From an uncultured Bacteroidales bacterium (GTDB lineage Bacteria > Bacteroidota > Bacteroidia > Bacteroidales > CAZJDA01): a DNA stretch of 64,000 nucleotides. Shown here one piece after another: positions 46,595-55,786 of the stretch; position 1 is the first letter of the stretch; the number at the start of each line of letters is the position of its first letter. The translations under genes were made by a program, and so were the position numbers. Location: assembly GCA_964544705.1 (NCBI GenBank), contig CAZJDA010000004.1, forward strand, positions 8,495 through 72,494, in the 5' to 3' direction. The notes beneath the pieces were generated by a model. It did not search any database, was not told the origin of the DNA, and saw only the letters and a program-made list of their open reading frames with translations.

Positions 46595-47626
46595 ATGAAC
46601 TTGAACAATTTAAGCATTGAAGATAAATTTATCTTACATGCATGTTCATTAAATGAGAAGGAAAAAAAAGAAGCACTGGATATTATTATCGATAATTTTG
46701 ATTGGAAATACTTTTGGGAAGAAAGTAATAGAAATAGTGTAAGTGGAATTTTGTATAAACATTTAAAACGTTCACCCCTAATTGGAAACCTTATTCCTTC
46801 ATATATTCAACAAAATCTGCAGCAATACTATTTTAAAACACTCACGCGTAATAGTCGCATTTTCAAAAAGCTGGAAGAAACACTCAAATTTCTTTATCAA
46901 AAGGGAGTTGAGGACATTATATTACTGAAAGGAGCTTACTTATTACCAGAAGTATACAAAGATGTTGGAACCAGGCCTATGTCGGATGTTGATATTTTAC
47001 TTCCCAATTTAACTACCGTTAATAAAGTTTTTTCCTTATTGGTTTCAGAAAAAAAATTCACATCTAAAGTATATAAAAGTAAATGGCAGGTTGATTTTAG
47101 GAAAAAGATCACGGGTAAAGCGCCAGAACTTTTCAAAGAAGAATTGGTTATAGAGTTACATGCTCCACTAGCATTTAAGTCTTTGCCAAAAGATTGGAAT
47201 TCAATAACAAATAGCGCCAAGAGTTTTAAAATAGGATCAACTCAAGCAAGAACCTTGTCTGATTTTCAAAATGCAGGGCTTATTGATGAGCATTTTTTTC
47301 AACATATGGATAGAAAGGCCTTTGACTTGAGGATGATCATTGATCGTGTGTATTTTCATACCTATACTGGTAAACATGATGGCAGCATAACCCCTTTTCT
47401 CAAAAAGCTGTCTAAAAATGTTGAAGCCAATAGGAATGTGTTTTTGCCGGTGCTATTGAAAAAAATAAGGATCCTTGTTAGAAATGGATACTTGTTAAGA
47501 TATTGCTTTTCATTTTTTTTTCCTTCTTATTCTTATTTAAAAACGAATTTTCGAGCCAAGAATTCATCATATTTTAATTTACTTATTTTATATTTACTTG
47601 ATTTTTTTAGGAGATTCAAAAAATAG
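46595..47626 (+). CDS. Uncharacterised nucleotidyltransferase-family protein (NTP_transf_5-like)
   Basis: 343 aa. LLKGAYLLPEVYKDVGTRPMSDVDILLP resembles the conserved G...R.m.DiDlLv core of the 'uncharacterised nucleotidyltransferase' family often found in glycan and peptide-modification loci. Confidence 0.5.
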   Translation: MNLNNLSIEDKFILHACSLNEKEKKEALDIIIDNFDWKYFWEESNRNSVSGILYKHLKRSPLIGNLIPSYIQQNLQQYYFKTLTRNSRIFKKLEETLKFLYQKGVEDIILLKGAYLLPEVYKDVGTRPMSDVDILLPNLTTVNKVFSLLVSEKKFTSKVYKSKWQVDFRKKITGKAPELFKEELVIELHAPLAFKSLPKDWNSITNSAKSFKIGSTQARTLSDFQNAGLIDEHFFQHMDRKAFDLRMIIDRVYFHTYTGKHDGSITPFLKKLSKNVEANRNVFLPVLLKKIRILVRNGYLLRYCFSFFFPSYSYLKTNFRAKNSSYFNLLILYLLDFFRRFKK

Positions 47627-47631
47627 ATATC

Positions 47632-48645
47632 ATGTTAAACGGAAAAAGAGTTTTAATCACCGGCGGTACCGGTTCTTTTGGGAAAAAATTCACTGAAGTT
47701 ATTTTAAAAAAGTACAATGGGGTGGAAAGATTGGTTATTTTTTCCCGTGATGAGCTTAAGCAATTTGAAATGGCACAGCATTATCCTGAAGATAAATATC
47801 CACAAATCCGGTTTTTTATTGGTGATGTTAGGGACAAAGACCGGTTTGCAAGAGCTTGTGAAGGTATAGACGTAATAATACACGCAGCGGCTTTAAAGCA
47901 AGTACCAGCAGCTGAATATAATCCTATGGAAGCTGTTAAAACCAACGTTATTGGAGCCGAGAATGTTATTGAAGCTGCCCTTAATACCCATGTGAAAATT
48001 GTTGTTGCCCTCTCTACAGATAAAGCTGCTGCTCCCATCAACCTATACGGGGCTACGAAGTTGGTTTCTGATAAATTATTTACGGCCGCTAACAATATTA
48101 AAGGGAAGCGAGACCTTCGTTTTTCTGTTGTAAGATACGGAAATGTGATGGGATCACGTGGTTCAGTTATTCCATTTTTTCTTAATAAAGCCAAGTCCGG
48201 AGTTTTACCTATTACCCATAAAGACATGACCCGCTTTAATATTTCTTTAGAAGAAGGTGTTGAAATGGTACTCTGGGCAATAGAAAATGCTAAAGGAGGC
48301 GAAGTTTTTGTACCTAAAATCCCATCGTACAATATTGAAACTGTGGCTAAAGCTATTGCTCCTAAAGCAAAACTCGAATATGTTGGGATTAGGCCCGGCG
48401 AAAAATTGCATGAAGAAATGATTACAGAAAGCGATTCCCATAATACCATTGACCTAGGAAAATATTTTGCTATTTTGCCTTCTGGGAAATCTATAAATGA
48501 TTATAAAAATTTCTATAAAAATGCCAAATTGGTTCCCAAAGGGTTTAGTTACAATTCGGGTGATAATGATGAATGGGTTAATGCTGAAGAAATGAGGGGG
48601 TTAATAAAAAAATATGTTGACCCAGGCTTTAAACCTCAGTTATAA
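47632..48645 (+). CDS. pseB: UDP-N-acetylglucosamine 4,6-dehydratase (inverting), PseB/FlaA1-type
   Basis: 337 aa short-chain dehydratase. KRVLITGGTGSFGKKF, IHAAALKQVP..E.NP.E..KTNV.G, STDKAA.PINLYGATK, VRYGNVMGSRGSVIP. The context includes pseC, F, G and I. Confidence 0.8.
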   Translation: MLNGKRVLITGGTGSFGKKFTEVILKKYNGVERLVIFSRDELKQFEMAQHYPEDKYPQIRFFIGDVRDKDRFARACEGIDVIIHAAALKQVPAAEYNPMEAVKTNVIGAENVIEAALNTHVKIVVALSTDKAAAPINLYGATKLVSDKLFTAANNIKGKRDLRFSVVRYGNVMGSRGSVIPFFLNKAKSGVLPITHKDMTRFNISLEEGVEMVLWAIENAKGGEVFVPKIPSYNIETVAKAIAPKAKLEYVGIRPGEKLHEEMITESDSHNTIDLGKYFAILPSGKSINDYKNFYKNAKLVPKGFSYNSGDNDEWVNAEEMRGLIKKYVDPGFKPQL

Positions 48646-48677
48646 GTTTAATTTTATTTCATGTTATATTTGTTTAT

Positions 48678-49736
48678 ATGAAAATTTTAATCAGCGGCAC
48701 AGCAGGATTTATAGGATGTCATCTCGCTAACAAACTTATTAAAAGAGGAGATGAAGTAATTGGATTGGATAATATCAACGATTATTATAATGTGAATCTT
48801 AAATATGATAGGTTAAAAACTTCAGGTATTCAAAAGGAGAGCATTGTAGAAAACAAAATTATCCAAAGTGAGTTATACCCTAATTATAAGTTAATAAAAA
48901 CCGACTTAGAGAACAAAGATTGTCTCTTTAAGCTTTTTAAAGAAGAAAAGTTTGATAAGGTTTGTAATTTGGCTGCCCAAGCAGGTGTTAGGTATAGCCT
49001 GGAAAATCCCTACGCTTATATAAATAGCAATATTATTGGTTTTACCAATATATTAGAAGCCTGCCGACATAATAACATAGAGCATCTTATTTATGCAAGT
49101 AGCTCAAGCGTATATGGATTAAATGAAGTTATGCCTTTTTCCGTGCAAGATAATGTTGACCACCCAATAAGTTTATATGCTGCTAGCAAAAAATCAAATG
49201 AACTAATGGCGCATACATATAGTCATTTATATGGGCTGCCAACTACAGGGCTTAGGTTTTTTACTGTTTATGGGCCATGGGGAAGGCCGGATATGGCATT
49301 GTTCCTATTTACAAAGGCTATATTAAACAATGAACCAATTGATATATACAACCATGGCAAAATGCAAAGGGATTTTACCTATATTGACGATATTATTCAT
49401 GGGATTATACACGTAATTGATAATCAGCCAAAAGGAAACTCCCGGTGGTCAGGTAAAAAGCCTGACCCATCTTCATCTATTGCACCGTACAAGTTGTATA
49501 ACATTGGCAACAATAGCCCTGTAAAGCTTATGGATTTTATAGCAGCAATTGAAAATAAACTGGGGATAGAAGCTAAAAAGAATTTTTTACCTCTACAACC
49601 TGGTGATGTGCCTGCTACTTGGGCGAATGTTGATGGATTGAAAGGTGATTTTGATTATTACCCCAGTACATCTATTCAAAAAGGCGTTGGTGATTTTATA
49701 GAATGGTATCTATCTTATTATAAAATAAACAAATAG
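48678..49736 (+). CDS. NAD-dependent nucleotide-sugar epimerase (UDP-glucuronate 4-epimerase-like)
   Basis: 352 aa. MKILISGTAGFIGCHL, NLAAQAGVRYS, SSSSVYG, YAASKKSNE, RFFTVYGPWGRPDMA and RDFTYIDDI match the Cap1J/LpsL/WbnF-type epimerases. Confidence 0.75.
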   Translation: MKILISGTAGFIGCHLANKLIKRGDEVIGLDNINDYYNVNLKYDRLKTSGIQKESIVENKIIQSELYPNYKLIKTDLENKDCLFKLFKEEKFDKVCNLAAQAGVRYSLENPYAYINSNIIGFTNILEACRHNNIEHLIYASSSSVYGLNEVMPFSVQDNVDHPISLYAASKKSNELMAHTYSHLYGLPTTGLRFFTVYGPWGRPDMALFLFTKAILNNEPIDIYNHGKMQRDFTYIDDIIHGIIHVIDNQPKGNSRWSGKKPDPSSSIAPYKLYNIGNNSPVKLMDFIAAIENKLGIEAKKNFLPLQPGDVPATWANVDGLKGDFDYYPSTSIQKGVGDFIEWYLSYYKINK

Positions 49737-49755
49737 TGATGATAATTACATAAAT

Positions 49756-50916
49756 ATGGAAAAAAGAGCTATTCCTTATGGTAAACAATATATTTCACAA
49801 GAGGATATTGATGCCGTTGTAGAAACGTTAAAATCTGATTTTTTAACCCAAGGCCCTAAAATAAAGGAATTTGAAGAGGTTTTTGCAAAATATGTTGGGG
49901 CAAAATATGCCGTAGCTGTTTCCAATGGCACAGCAGCTTTACATTTGTCAGCATTAGCGCTGGATGTAAGACCCGGCAAAAAAGTTATAACTACGCCAAT
50001 AACATTTGCTGCAAGTGCCAATTGTGTGCTTTATGCTGGAGGTGAAGTGGATTTTGTGGATATTGACCCGGAAACTTATGTAATGGATTTAAATAAGCTT
50101 GAAGAAAAGCTTGAAAATTCTCCCAAAGGTACTTATTCCGGTGTTATCCCAGTTGATTTTACGGGATATCCTGTAAATCTTGAAAAGTTAAATTCAATCG
50201 CGAAAAGATTTAATTTATGGGTTCTTGAAGATGCTTGCCATGCACCTGGTGGTTACTTCATAGATTCAAAAAATAAAAAGCAATATTGCGGCAATGGGCA
50301 ATTCGCTGAACTGGCTATTTTTTCCTTTCACCCTGTAAAGCACATCGCAACAGGTGAAGGTGGTTTAATAACAACCAATGATGAAAAGCTATTTAAGAAA
50401 TTACAATTACTGCGTACACATGGGATAACCAAAGATCCTGGGATGCTACAAGAAAATCATGGTGGATGGTATTACGAAATGCATGAATTGGGATATAATT
50501 ATAGGTTATCAGACATTCAAGCAGCATTAGGTATAAGTCAAATGAATAGAGCTGAGGAAGGGCTTAAAAGACGTAAGGAAATTGCCCATAGATATAACGA
50601 AGCCTTTAAGGGCACATCCATAAAAATTCAGAAGAACCATGCCCAAAACTCGCATGGATACCATTTATACGTTATACAAACTAATAGAAGAAAAGAGCTT
50701 TATGAGTATTTAAAGCAGCATAATATCTATACACAGGTTCATTACATACCGGTTCATCTACAACCTTATTACCAAAGGTTAGGATGGAAAAAAGGTGATT
50801 TGCCTGTTGCAGAAGCCTACTACGAAAAATGCTTGAGTTTGCCAATGTTTCCAAATTTGAGCGAAGGGGAGCAAGACTTTGTCATTAATTCAATAATTGG
50901 GTTTCAGAATGAATAA
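49756..50916 (+). CDS. pseC: UDP-4-amino-4,6-dideoxy-N-acetyl-beta-L-altrosamine transaminase (DegT/DnrJ/EryC1 family)
   Basis: 386 aa. IPYGKQYISQEDIDAV...L.SDFLTQGP....FE, NGTAALHL, the PLP-lysine block FSFHPVKHIATGEGG, and YNYRLSDIQAALG. Confidence 0.8.
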   Translation: MEKRAIPYGKQYISQEDIDAVVETLKSDFLTQGPKIKEFEEVFAKYVGAKYAVAVSNGTAALHLSALALDVRPGKKVITTPITFAASANCVLYAGGEVDFVDIDPETYVMDLNKLEEKLENSPKGTYSGVIPVDFTGYPVNLEKLNSIAKRFNLWVLEDACHAPGGYFIDSKNKKQYCGNGQFAELAIFSFHPVKHIATGEGGLITTNDEKLFKKLQLLRTHGITKDPGMLQENHGGWYYEMHELGYNYRLSDIQAALGISQMNRAEEGLKRRKEIAHRYNEAFKGTSIKIQKNHAQNSHGYHLYVIQTNRRKELYEYLKQHNIYTQVHYIPVHLQPYYQRLGWKKGDLPVAEAYYEKCLSLPMFPNLSEGEQDFVINSIIGFQNE

Positions 50917-51577
50917 CTTGGCAATAATACCAGCAAGGGGGGGGAGTAAAAGAATTCCTCAAAAAAACATTAGGGATTTTCTTGGGAAACCTATTATTGC
51001 CTACAGTATAGAAACAGCTATAAGAAGTGGTTTATTTTCGGAGGTAATGGTTTCAACTGATGATGAAAAAATAGCTTCGATTGCAGAAAAATTTGGAGCC
51101 AAAATACCTTTTTTGAGAAGCCAAGAAAATGCAAATGATTTTGCTGGATTGGCTGAAGTTGTTGATGAAGTATTATTGGAATATAAAAAGAGAAACATCA
51201 TTCATCAATATGTTTGCTGTATATTACCTACTGCACCTCTATTGGCAGAGACTAACCTAAAACTAGGATTGGAAAAGATTCAATCAGGAGATTATTATTC
51301 TGTTCGTCCAATTGTCCCGTTTACATATCCTATTCAAAAAGCATTTAAATATAATGAAGGACATATTGAAATATTACAACCAAAATTTGCAAAAATTCGA
51401 TCGCAAGATTTGACCCCAACGTATCATGATGCAGGTCAATTTTATTGGTTTTATTTCAATAAAGGATTAATACCAGAAAAGCGAGGTGCAATTATTATTT
51501 CTAATAAAGATGCCCAGGATATTGATAATTATGACGACTGGAAAATTGCAGAGTTGAAATATAAACTAAATCATTGA
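50909..51577 (+). CDS. pseF: Pseudaminic acid cytidylyltransferase (CMP-sugar-acid synthetase family)
   Basis: LAIIPARGGSKRIPQKNIRDFLGKPIIAYSIE is the acylneuraminate cytidylyltransferase N-terminus. The ATG at 50909 is preferred and gives an ATGAATAA overlap with pseC. Confidence 0.75.
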   Translation: MNNLAIIPARGGSKRIPQKNIRDFLGKPIIAYSIETAIRSGLFSEVMVSTDDEKIASIAEKFGAKIPFLRSQENANDFAGLAEVVDEVLLEYKKRNIIHQYVCCILPTAPLLAETNLKLGLEKIQSGDYYSVRPIVPFTYPIQKAFKYNEGHIEILQPKFAKIRSQDLTPTYHDAGQFYWFYFNKGLIPEKRGAIIISNKDAQDIDNYDDWKIAELKYKLNH

Positions 51578-51584
51578 TATTATT

Positions 51585-52046
51585 ATGAGCAATTCATTTG
51601 GAAATTATTTGGAAGACTTTGATAAAGGGATGGTCTTTAAACATGCTATCGGAAAGACTATAACAGAGAGCGATAACAACTTTTTTTCATTACTAACCAT
51701 GAATCATCATCCGCTCCATTTAGATGTAGAATATTGTAAAACCCATCAACACAGGAAAGTCCTCGTGGTAGGTACCTTGGTTTTTAGCCTTGCTGTTGGA
51801 CTTACAGTTTCGGATATAAGTGGAAAAGCAATTGCAAATCTCGACTATGAGACTATTAAGCATAATGGTCCAGTTTTCATTGGTGATACGATTCGTGCAG
51901 AAACAAAGGTTCTCGATGTAAGAGAATCAAAAACAAAGCCTGACAGGGGAGTTATCTACGTGGAAACAAATGTATTTAACCAGGATAACAACAATGTGCT
52001 TTTATTTAGAAGACATATTCTTATACCAAAAAAGAAAAAATTATGA
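51585..52046 (+). CDS. MaoC-like (R)-specific enoyl-CoA hydratase/dehydratase (hot-dog fold)
   Basis: 153 aa. FSLLTMNHHPLHLD (the hydratase 2 motif region with catalytic D/H context) and the hot-dog C-terminal strands are present. There is a 4-nt overlap with the next gene. Confidence 0.75.
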   Translation: MSNSFGNYLEDFDKGMVFKHAIGKTITESDNNFFSLLTMNHHPLHLDVEYCKTHQHRKVLVVGTLVFSLAVGLTVSDISGKAIANLDYETIKHNGPVFIGDTIRAETKVLDVRESKTKPDRGVIYVETNVFNQDNNNVLLFRRHILIPKKKKL

Positions 52047-52927
52047 AAAATTTTAAATTAATGCGATCCTTAATGTTCGTTCCGGCCCATAATGAGCGTA
52101 TTATGGAAAGTGCTGAACGTTCCGAAGCTGATGTTTTATTGTTGGATATCGAAGATTCAGTTCAACCAGTTTCCAATAAAAAACATGCACGAAAAAAAAT
52201 TATTGAAAAGATAGAAGCAGGATTTTTTAAAAAACATTTAGTTTTTCCGCGAGTAAATGATCGTGAAAGTGGGCAACTATTGAAAGATGTTCAGGAGCTG
52301 ACAATAAAGGGAATTGATGGGTTTATGTATCCGAAATCCAAATCTGGAAAAGACGTTTATTTTTTTGCTAAATTATTGGAAACTATTGAATATGAGAAGA
52401 ATATTCCGATAGGCACATTTAAAATAATTCCTTTAATTGAAACTGCAGCAGCAGTTTTGAATGCCCAGGAGATTATAAAAGCATCTGACCGAGTTGTCGC
52501 TATTGCTTTTGGTTGCGAAGACTTTATAACTGATTTGCAAGGAATTCACGATAAAGATGAGCAAAGTATTTTTACCCCGCGCGCCATTATTGCAATGGCA
52601 GCAAGAGCTAATAATGTAATTCCTGTTGATACAGTTCATGTAAATCTACATGACTTGGAAGACCTTGAAAAGAATCTTACAATTGCAAAAGAGTTGGGCT
52701 TCGAGGGTATGTTAGTTTTACATCCTAAAGAATTGAATTTGGTTCATAAATACTTTAGCCCATCAAATTCTGAAATTGAAGAAGCTGAAGAGATGCTTCG
52801 ATTAAATGAGCAAGCTGAAAAAGATGGAAAAGGTGTTGCTATTTTGAATGGGAAATTTATAGGCCCACCTATGGTGGCAACAGCAAAAAAAGTTTTGCAA
52901 AAAGCTGAATTGATTTCTAAAAAGTAA
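52043..52927 (+). CDS. HpcH/HpaI aldolase / citrate lyase beta (CitE)-like acyl-CoA lyase
   Basis: 294 aa. RSLMFVPAHNERIMESAERSEADVLLLDIEDSV (the CitE N-terminal R..LFVP and D.ED motifs), IPLIETA and FGCEDF. Confidence 0.75.
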   Translation: MKNFKLMRSLMFVPAHNERIMESAERSEADVLLLDIEDSVQPVSNKKHARKKIIEKIEAGFFKKHLVFPRVNDRESGQLLKDVQELTIKGIDGFMYPKSKSGKDVYFFAKLLETIEYEKNIPIGTFKIIPLIETAAAVLNAQEIIKASDRVVAIAFGCEDFITDLQGIHDKDEQSIFTPRAIIAMAARANNVIPVDTVHVNLHDLEDLEKNLTIAKELGFEGMLVLHPKELNLVHKYFSPSNSEIEEAEEMLRLNEQAEKDGKGVAILNGKFIGPPMVATAKKVLQKAELISKK

Positions 52928-52930
52928 TAT

Positions 52931-53593
52931 ATGAAAAAAATTATCATCGTTGGAGGTTATGGTAATGGTACAGTTGTAGCTTCAACAATTGAAGATATAA
53001 ATGTAGCATCTGATAAAAAACAATGGGAAATAATAGGTTTTCTAAATGATAGAGAAACAGAACCCATAAATGGCTATCCTGTTTTGGGAAAAATTGAACC
53101 TGAAGCTGTGAAAGAATATATTAAGAAAGAAGATGTTTTATTTATGTACACGCTTATCTCCACAAAACTAAACTACAAATTTTTGCACAAATTGCATAAC
53201 CTTAAAATTCCAACAGAACGCTTTGCAACCATTATTCATCCGACAGCAGTTGTGTCAAAATTTGCTAAAATCGGGCATGGTGTTTGTATTCAACCTTTCG
53301 TGTCGGTTGGCCCTAATGCGGTTGTTGAAAATCATATCCAAATTTTTGCTCAATCTTTAATCGGACATAATTCAGTTTTGAAAAATTATAGTTATGTAGC
53401 AAATAATGCTTGTGTCGGAGCAAGCGTAGTGCTCGAAGAAGGCGCATATTTAGGCACAAATTGTTGTACGTTGGAAAATATTACAATTGGGAAGTGGTCA
53501 TTGGTTGGAATTGGAACCGTTGTTATAAAATCAGTTGATGATTATACAAAAGTAGTTGGTAATCCGGCACGTGTTATTGGTAAAGTTGAATAA
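52931..53593 (+). CDS. Left-handed beta-helix sugar acyltransferase (NeuD/PglD family)
   Basis: 220 aa. An N-terminal Rossmann-like half (KIIIVGGYGNG) is followed by a C-terminal hexapeptide-repeat half (IHPTAVVSKFAKIGHGVCIQPFVSVGPNAVVENHIQIF...). Confidence 0.75.
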   Translation: MKKIIIVGGYGNGTVVASTIEDINVASDKKQWEIIGFLNDRETEPINGYPVLGKIEPEAVKEYIKKEDVLFMYTLISTKLNYKFLHKLHNLKIPTERFATIIHPTAVVSKFAKIGHGVCIQPFVSVGPNAVVENHIQIFAQSLIGHNSVLKNYSYVANNACVGASVVLEEGAYLGTNCCTLENITIGKWSLVGIGTVVIKSVDDYTKVVGNPARVIGKVE

Positions 53594-54621
53594 TGATACT
53601 TTTTAGAGTTGATGCTTATCCGAAAGTTGGTTTAGGGCATATAATCCGAAGTGTTGCTATAGGAAGCTATATAAAGAGCAGGACAGAAGTTCCTGTTATC
53701 TTTGCAGGATATTATGATGCAAAGGCAATTGAAATATTAGAGAGTCACAAAATTGCTTACATTAACAATATTGCCTTTCTTTCAGTTGAAGAAGAAACTT
53801 TATTATCCACTATACAAAAAAGGAAACCAAATATAGTCTTTATAGACAAGTTATACCCTTATAGCTGTGATTTTATCAATAATTGCAAATTGCAAGCCCA
53901 AATAATTATGTTTCATAACCTTTGTGAGGGAGCTTTTTGTGTTAATAAATTTATTTTACCATCAGCCCATCACAGTGACGAAATTATTAATTCACCCAAA
54001 TGGGATAAACTGGGCACCGATTTTTACTATGGGGCTAAATATATTCCAATTAATCAGGAAGTTATAGGAATAACCAAACATAGAAAAGCCAATAAATCGA
54101 ATTCTAACAAACAAATTGTAGGCATTACAACTGGCGGAAGTGACCCAAAAGGTGTTATGATTCACATATTAACATGGCTTAATGATAATAGTTTTCAAAA
54201 TGTAGAATTCTATGCATTAATTGGTAAATCATTTATGCATCATAAAAAATTAAATGAGTTGAAAAGTCAATTGCCTAATAATATATGCATAAAACCATAT
54301 AACTACCAAGAACTTATAAAATGTAATATTGTTATTAGCACTTTTGGAGTGACTACTTATGAATTAATGTTTATGGGCATTCCAGTTATTAGTATTGGCC
54401 ATGCCTTAAACAATGCAAAAGGTAGTGAGATAATAGAAAAAAAGTATGGAGCATTAATTGATTTGGGATTAATTGACGAAATTACTAATGAGCTTTTTAT
54501 TAATAAATGTGAAGCATTAATAAATAGCAAAATATTACAACAAGATTTGATTTCAAAATCTTCTTTATTAGTTGATGATAAAGGAATAGAACGTATTTAT
54601 GATATAATTTTTAAGAATTGA
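53593..54621 (+). CDS. pseG: UDP-2,4-diacetamido-2,4,6-trideoxy-beta-L-altropyranose hydrolase-like (GT-B fold)
   Basis: 342 aa. The N-terminus ILFRVDAYPKVGLGHIIRSVAIGSYI matches the PseG FR.D....G.GH..R signature. Its position is immediately before pseI. Confidence 0.65.
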   Translation: MILFRVDAYPKVGLGHIIRSVAIGSYIKSRTEVPVIFAGYYDAKAIEILESHKIAYINNIAFLSVEEETLLSTIQKRKPNIVFIDKLYPYSCDFINNCKLQAQIIMFHNLCEGAFCVNKFILPSAHHSDEIINSPKWDKLGTDFYYGAKYIPINQEVIGITKHRKANKSNSNKQIVGITTGGSDPKGVMIHILTWLNDNSFQNVEFYALIGKSFMHHKKLNELKSQLPNNICIKPYNYQELIKCNIVISTFGVTTYELMFMGIPVISIGHALNNAKGSEIIEKKYGALIDLGLIDEITNELFINKCEALINSKILQQDLISKSSLLVDDKGIERIYDIIFKN

Positions 54622-54623
54622 AA

Positions 54624-55646
54624 ATGAGCAATAAGGGTGTATATATAATAGCAGAGTTATCAGCAAACCATAATAACGATTTTCAAATAGCAAAGGATAC
54701 TATTACAGCCATGAAAAAATCAGGTGCTGATGCTGTAAAGTTCCAAACTTACACGGCTGACTCTCTCACCTTAGATGTGGATAATAAATATTTTGGACCA
54801 CGAAAAGACGGCTTATGGAAAGGAAGAAAACCTTATGAATTGTTTCAGGAAGCTGCCATGCCCTACGAATGGCTGCCTAAATTAGCGGAATACGCCATTT
54901 CCATAGGATTAAACTGGTTATCGACTCCTTTTGATTTTGGAAGCGTTGATTTTCTGGAGGGTATAAACATTCCTGCATATAAGGTTGCATCACTTGAAAT
55001 AATGGATATTCCCCTAATAGAATATATTGCAAAAAGACAAAAGCCGGTTATTTTATCCACAGGTATTGCCAAACTTGCTGATATCGAATTAGCTGTTGAA
55101 ACATGCCGAAAAGAAGGAAACAATGATATAACATTATTGAAATGCACTTCGGCTTACCCTACGCCGTTTGAAGAAGTAAACCTCAATGTAATTCCAACGA
55201 TGCAAAAAGCATTTAATGTTAAAGTTGGATTGTCAGACCACACAATGGGGCATACAGTTCCTCTTGGAGCTGTGGCTCTTGGTGCTGAAATTATTGAAAA
55301 GCACTTTATCCTAGACAGGAAAATGGGGGGAGTTGATTCTGCTTTTTCTATGGAACCCTCAGAATTTAAAATTATGGTTGAAAGTATTCGTAATCTTGAA
55401 GCTGCTTTGGGACAGGGTGATTTTACAATAAGCCCCAAAATTCAAGAAATTAGGCAGCGGGGACGCTCATTATTTGTAGTAAAAGATATAAAAAAAGGAG
55501 AATTATTTACAAAAGAAAACATACGCTCCATTAGGCCCGGATATGGTTTGCACCCAAAATTCTTGAATAGTATTCTTGGTAAAAAAGCAGCTAAGGATTT
55601 AAAGAAAGGTGAACCAATGGAATATGTTTTTATACAACCAGGTTAA
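54624..55646 (+). CDS. pseI: Pseudaminic acid synthase (NeuB family sugar-acid synthase)
   Basis: VYIIAELSANHNNDFQIAKDTITAMKKSGADAVKFQTY, KVASLEI, LSTG, LLKCTSAYPTP, GLSDHT, and a C-terminal SAF/antifreeze-like domain (RSLFVVKDIKKGE). The ATG at 54624 is preferred over the TTG at 54618. Confidence 0.85.
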   Translation: MSNKGVYIIAELSANHNNDFQIAKDTITAMKKSGADAVKFQTYTADSLTLDVDNKYFGPRKDGLWKGRKPYELFQEAAMPYEWLPKLAEYAISIGLNWLSTPFDFGSVDFLEGINIPAYKVASLEIMDIPLIEYIAKRQKPVILSTGIAKLADIELAVETCRKEGNNDITLLKCTSAYPTPFEEVNLNVIPTMQKAFNVKVGLSDHTMGHTVPLGAVALGAEIIEKHFILDRKMGGVDSAFSMEPSEFKIMVESIRNLEAALGQGDFTISPKIQEIRQRGRSLFVVKDIKKGELFTKENIRSIRPGYGLHPKFLNSILGKKAAKDLKKGEPMEYVFIQPG

Positions 55647-55786
55647 TTGCATTACACGTAGATGATTTACTTTATAAAAAAAGTGGTTTTCAAACATTGA
55701 TTTATAATAATATTGGAGGTTTTTATACAGTAAATTTTAACTTCAAGAAAATAGAATTTACAGCAATGCTTCCATAAATTATACAT

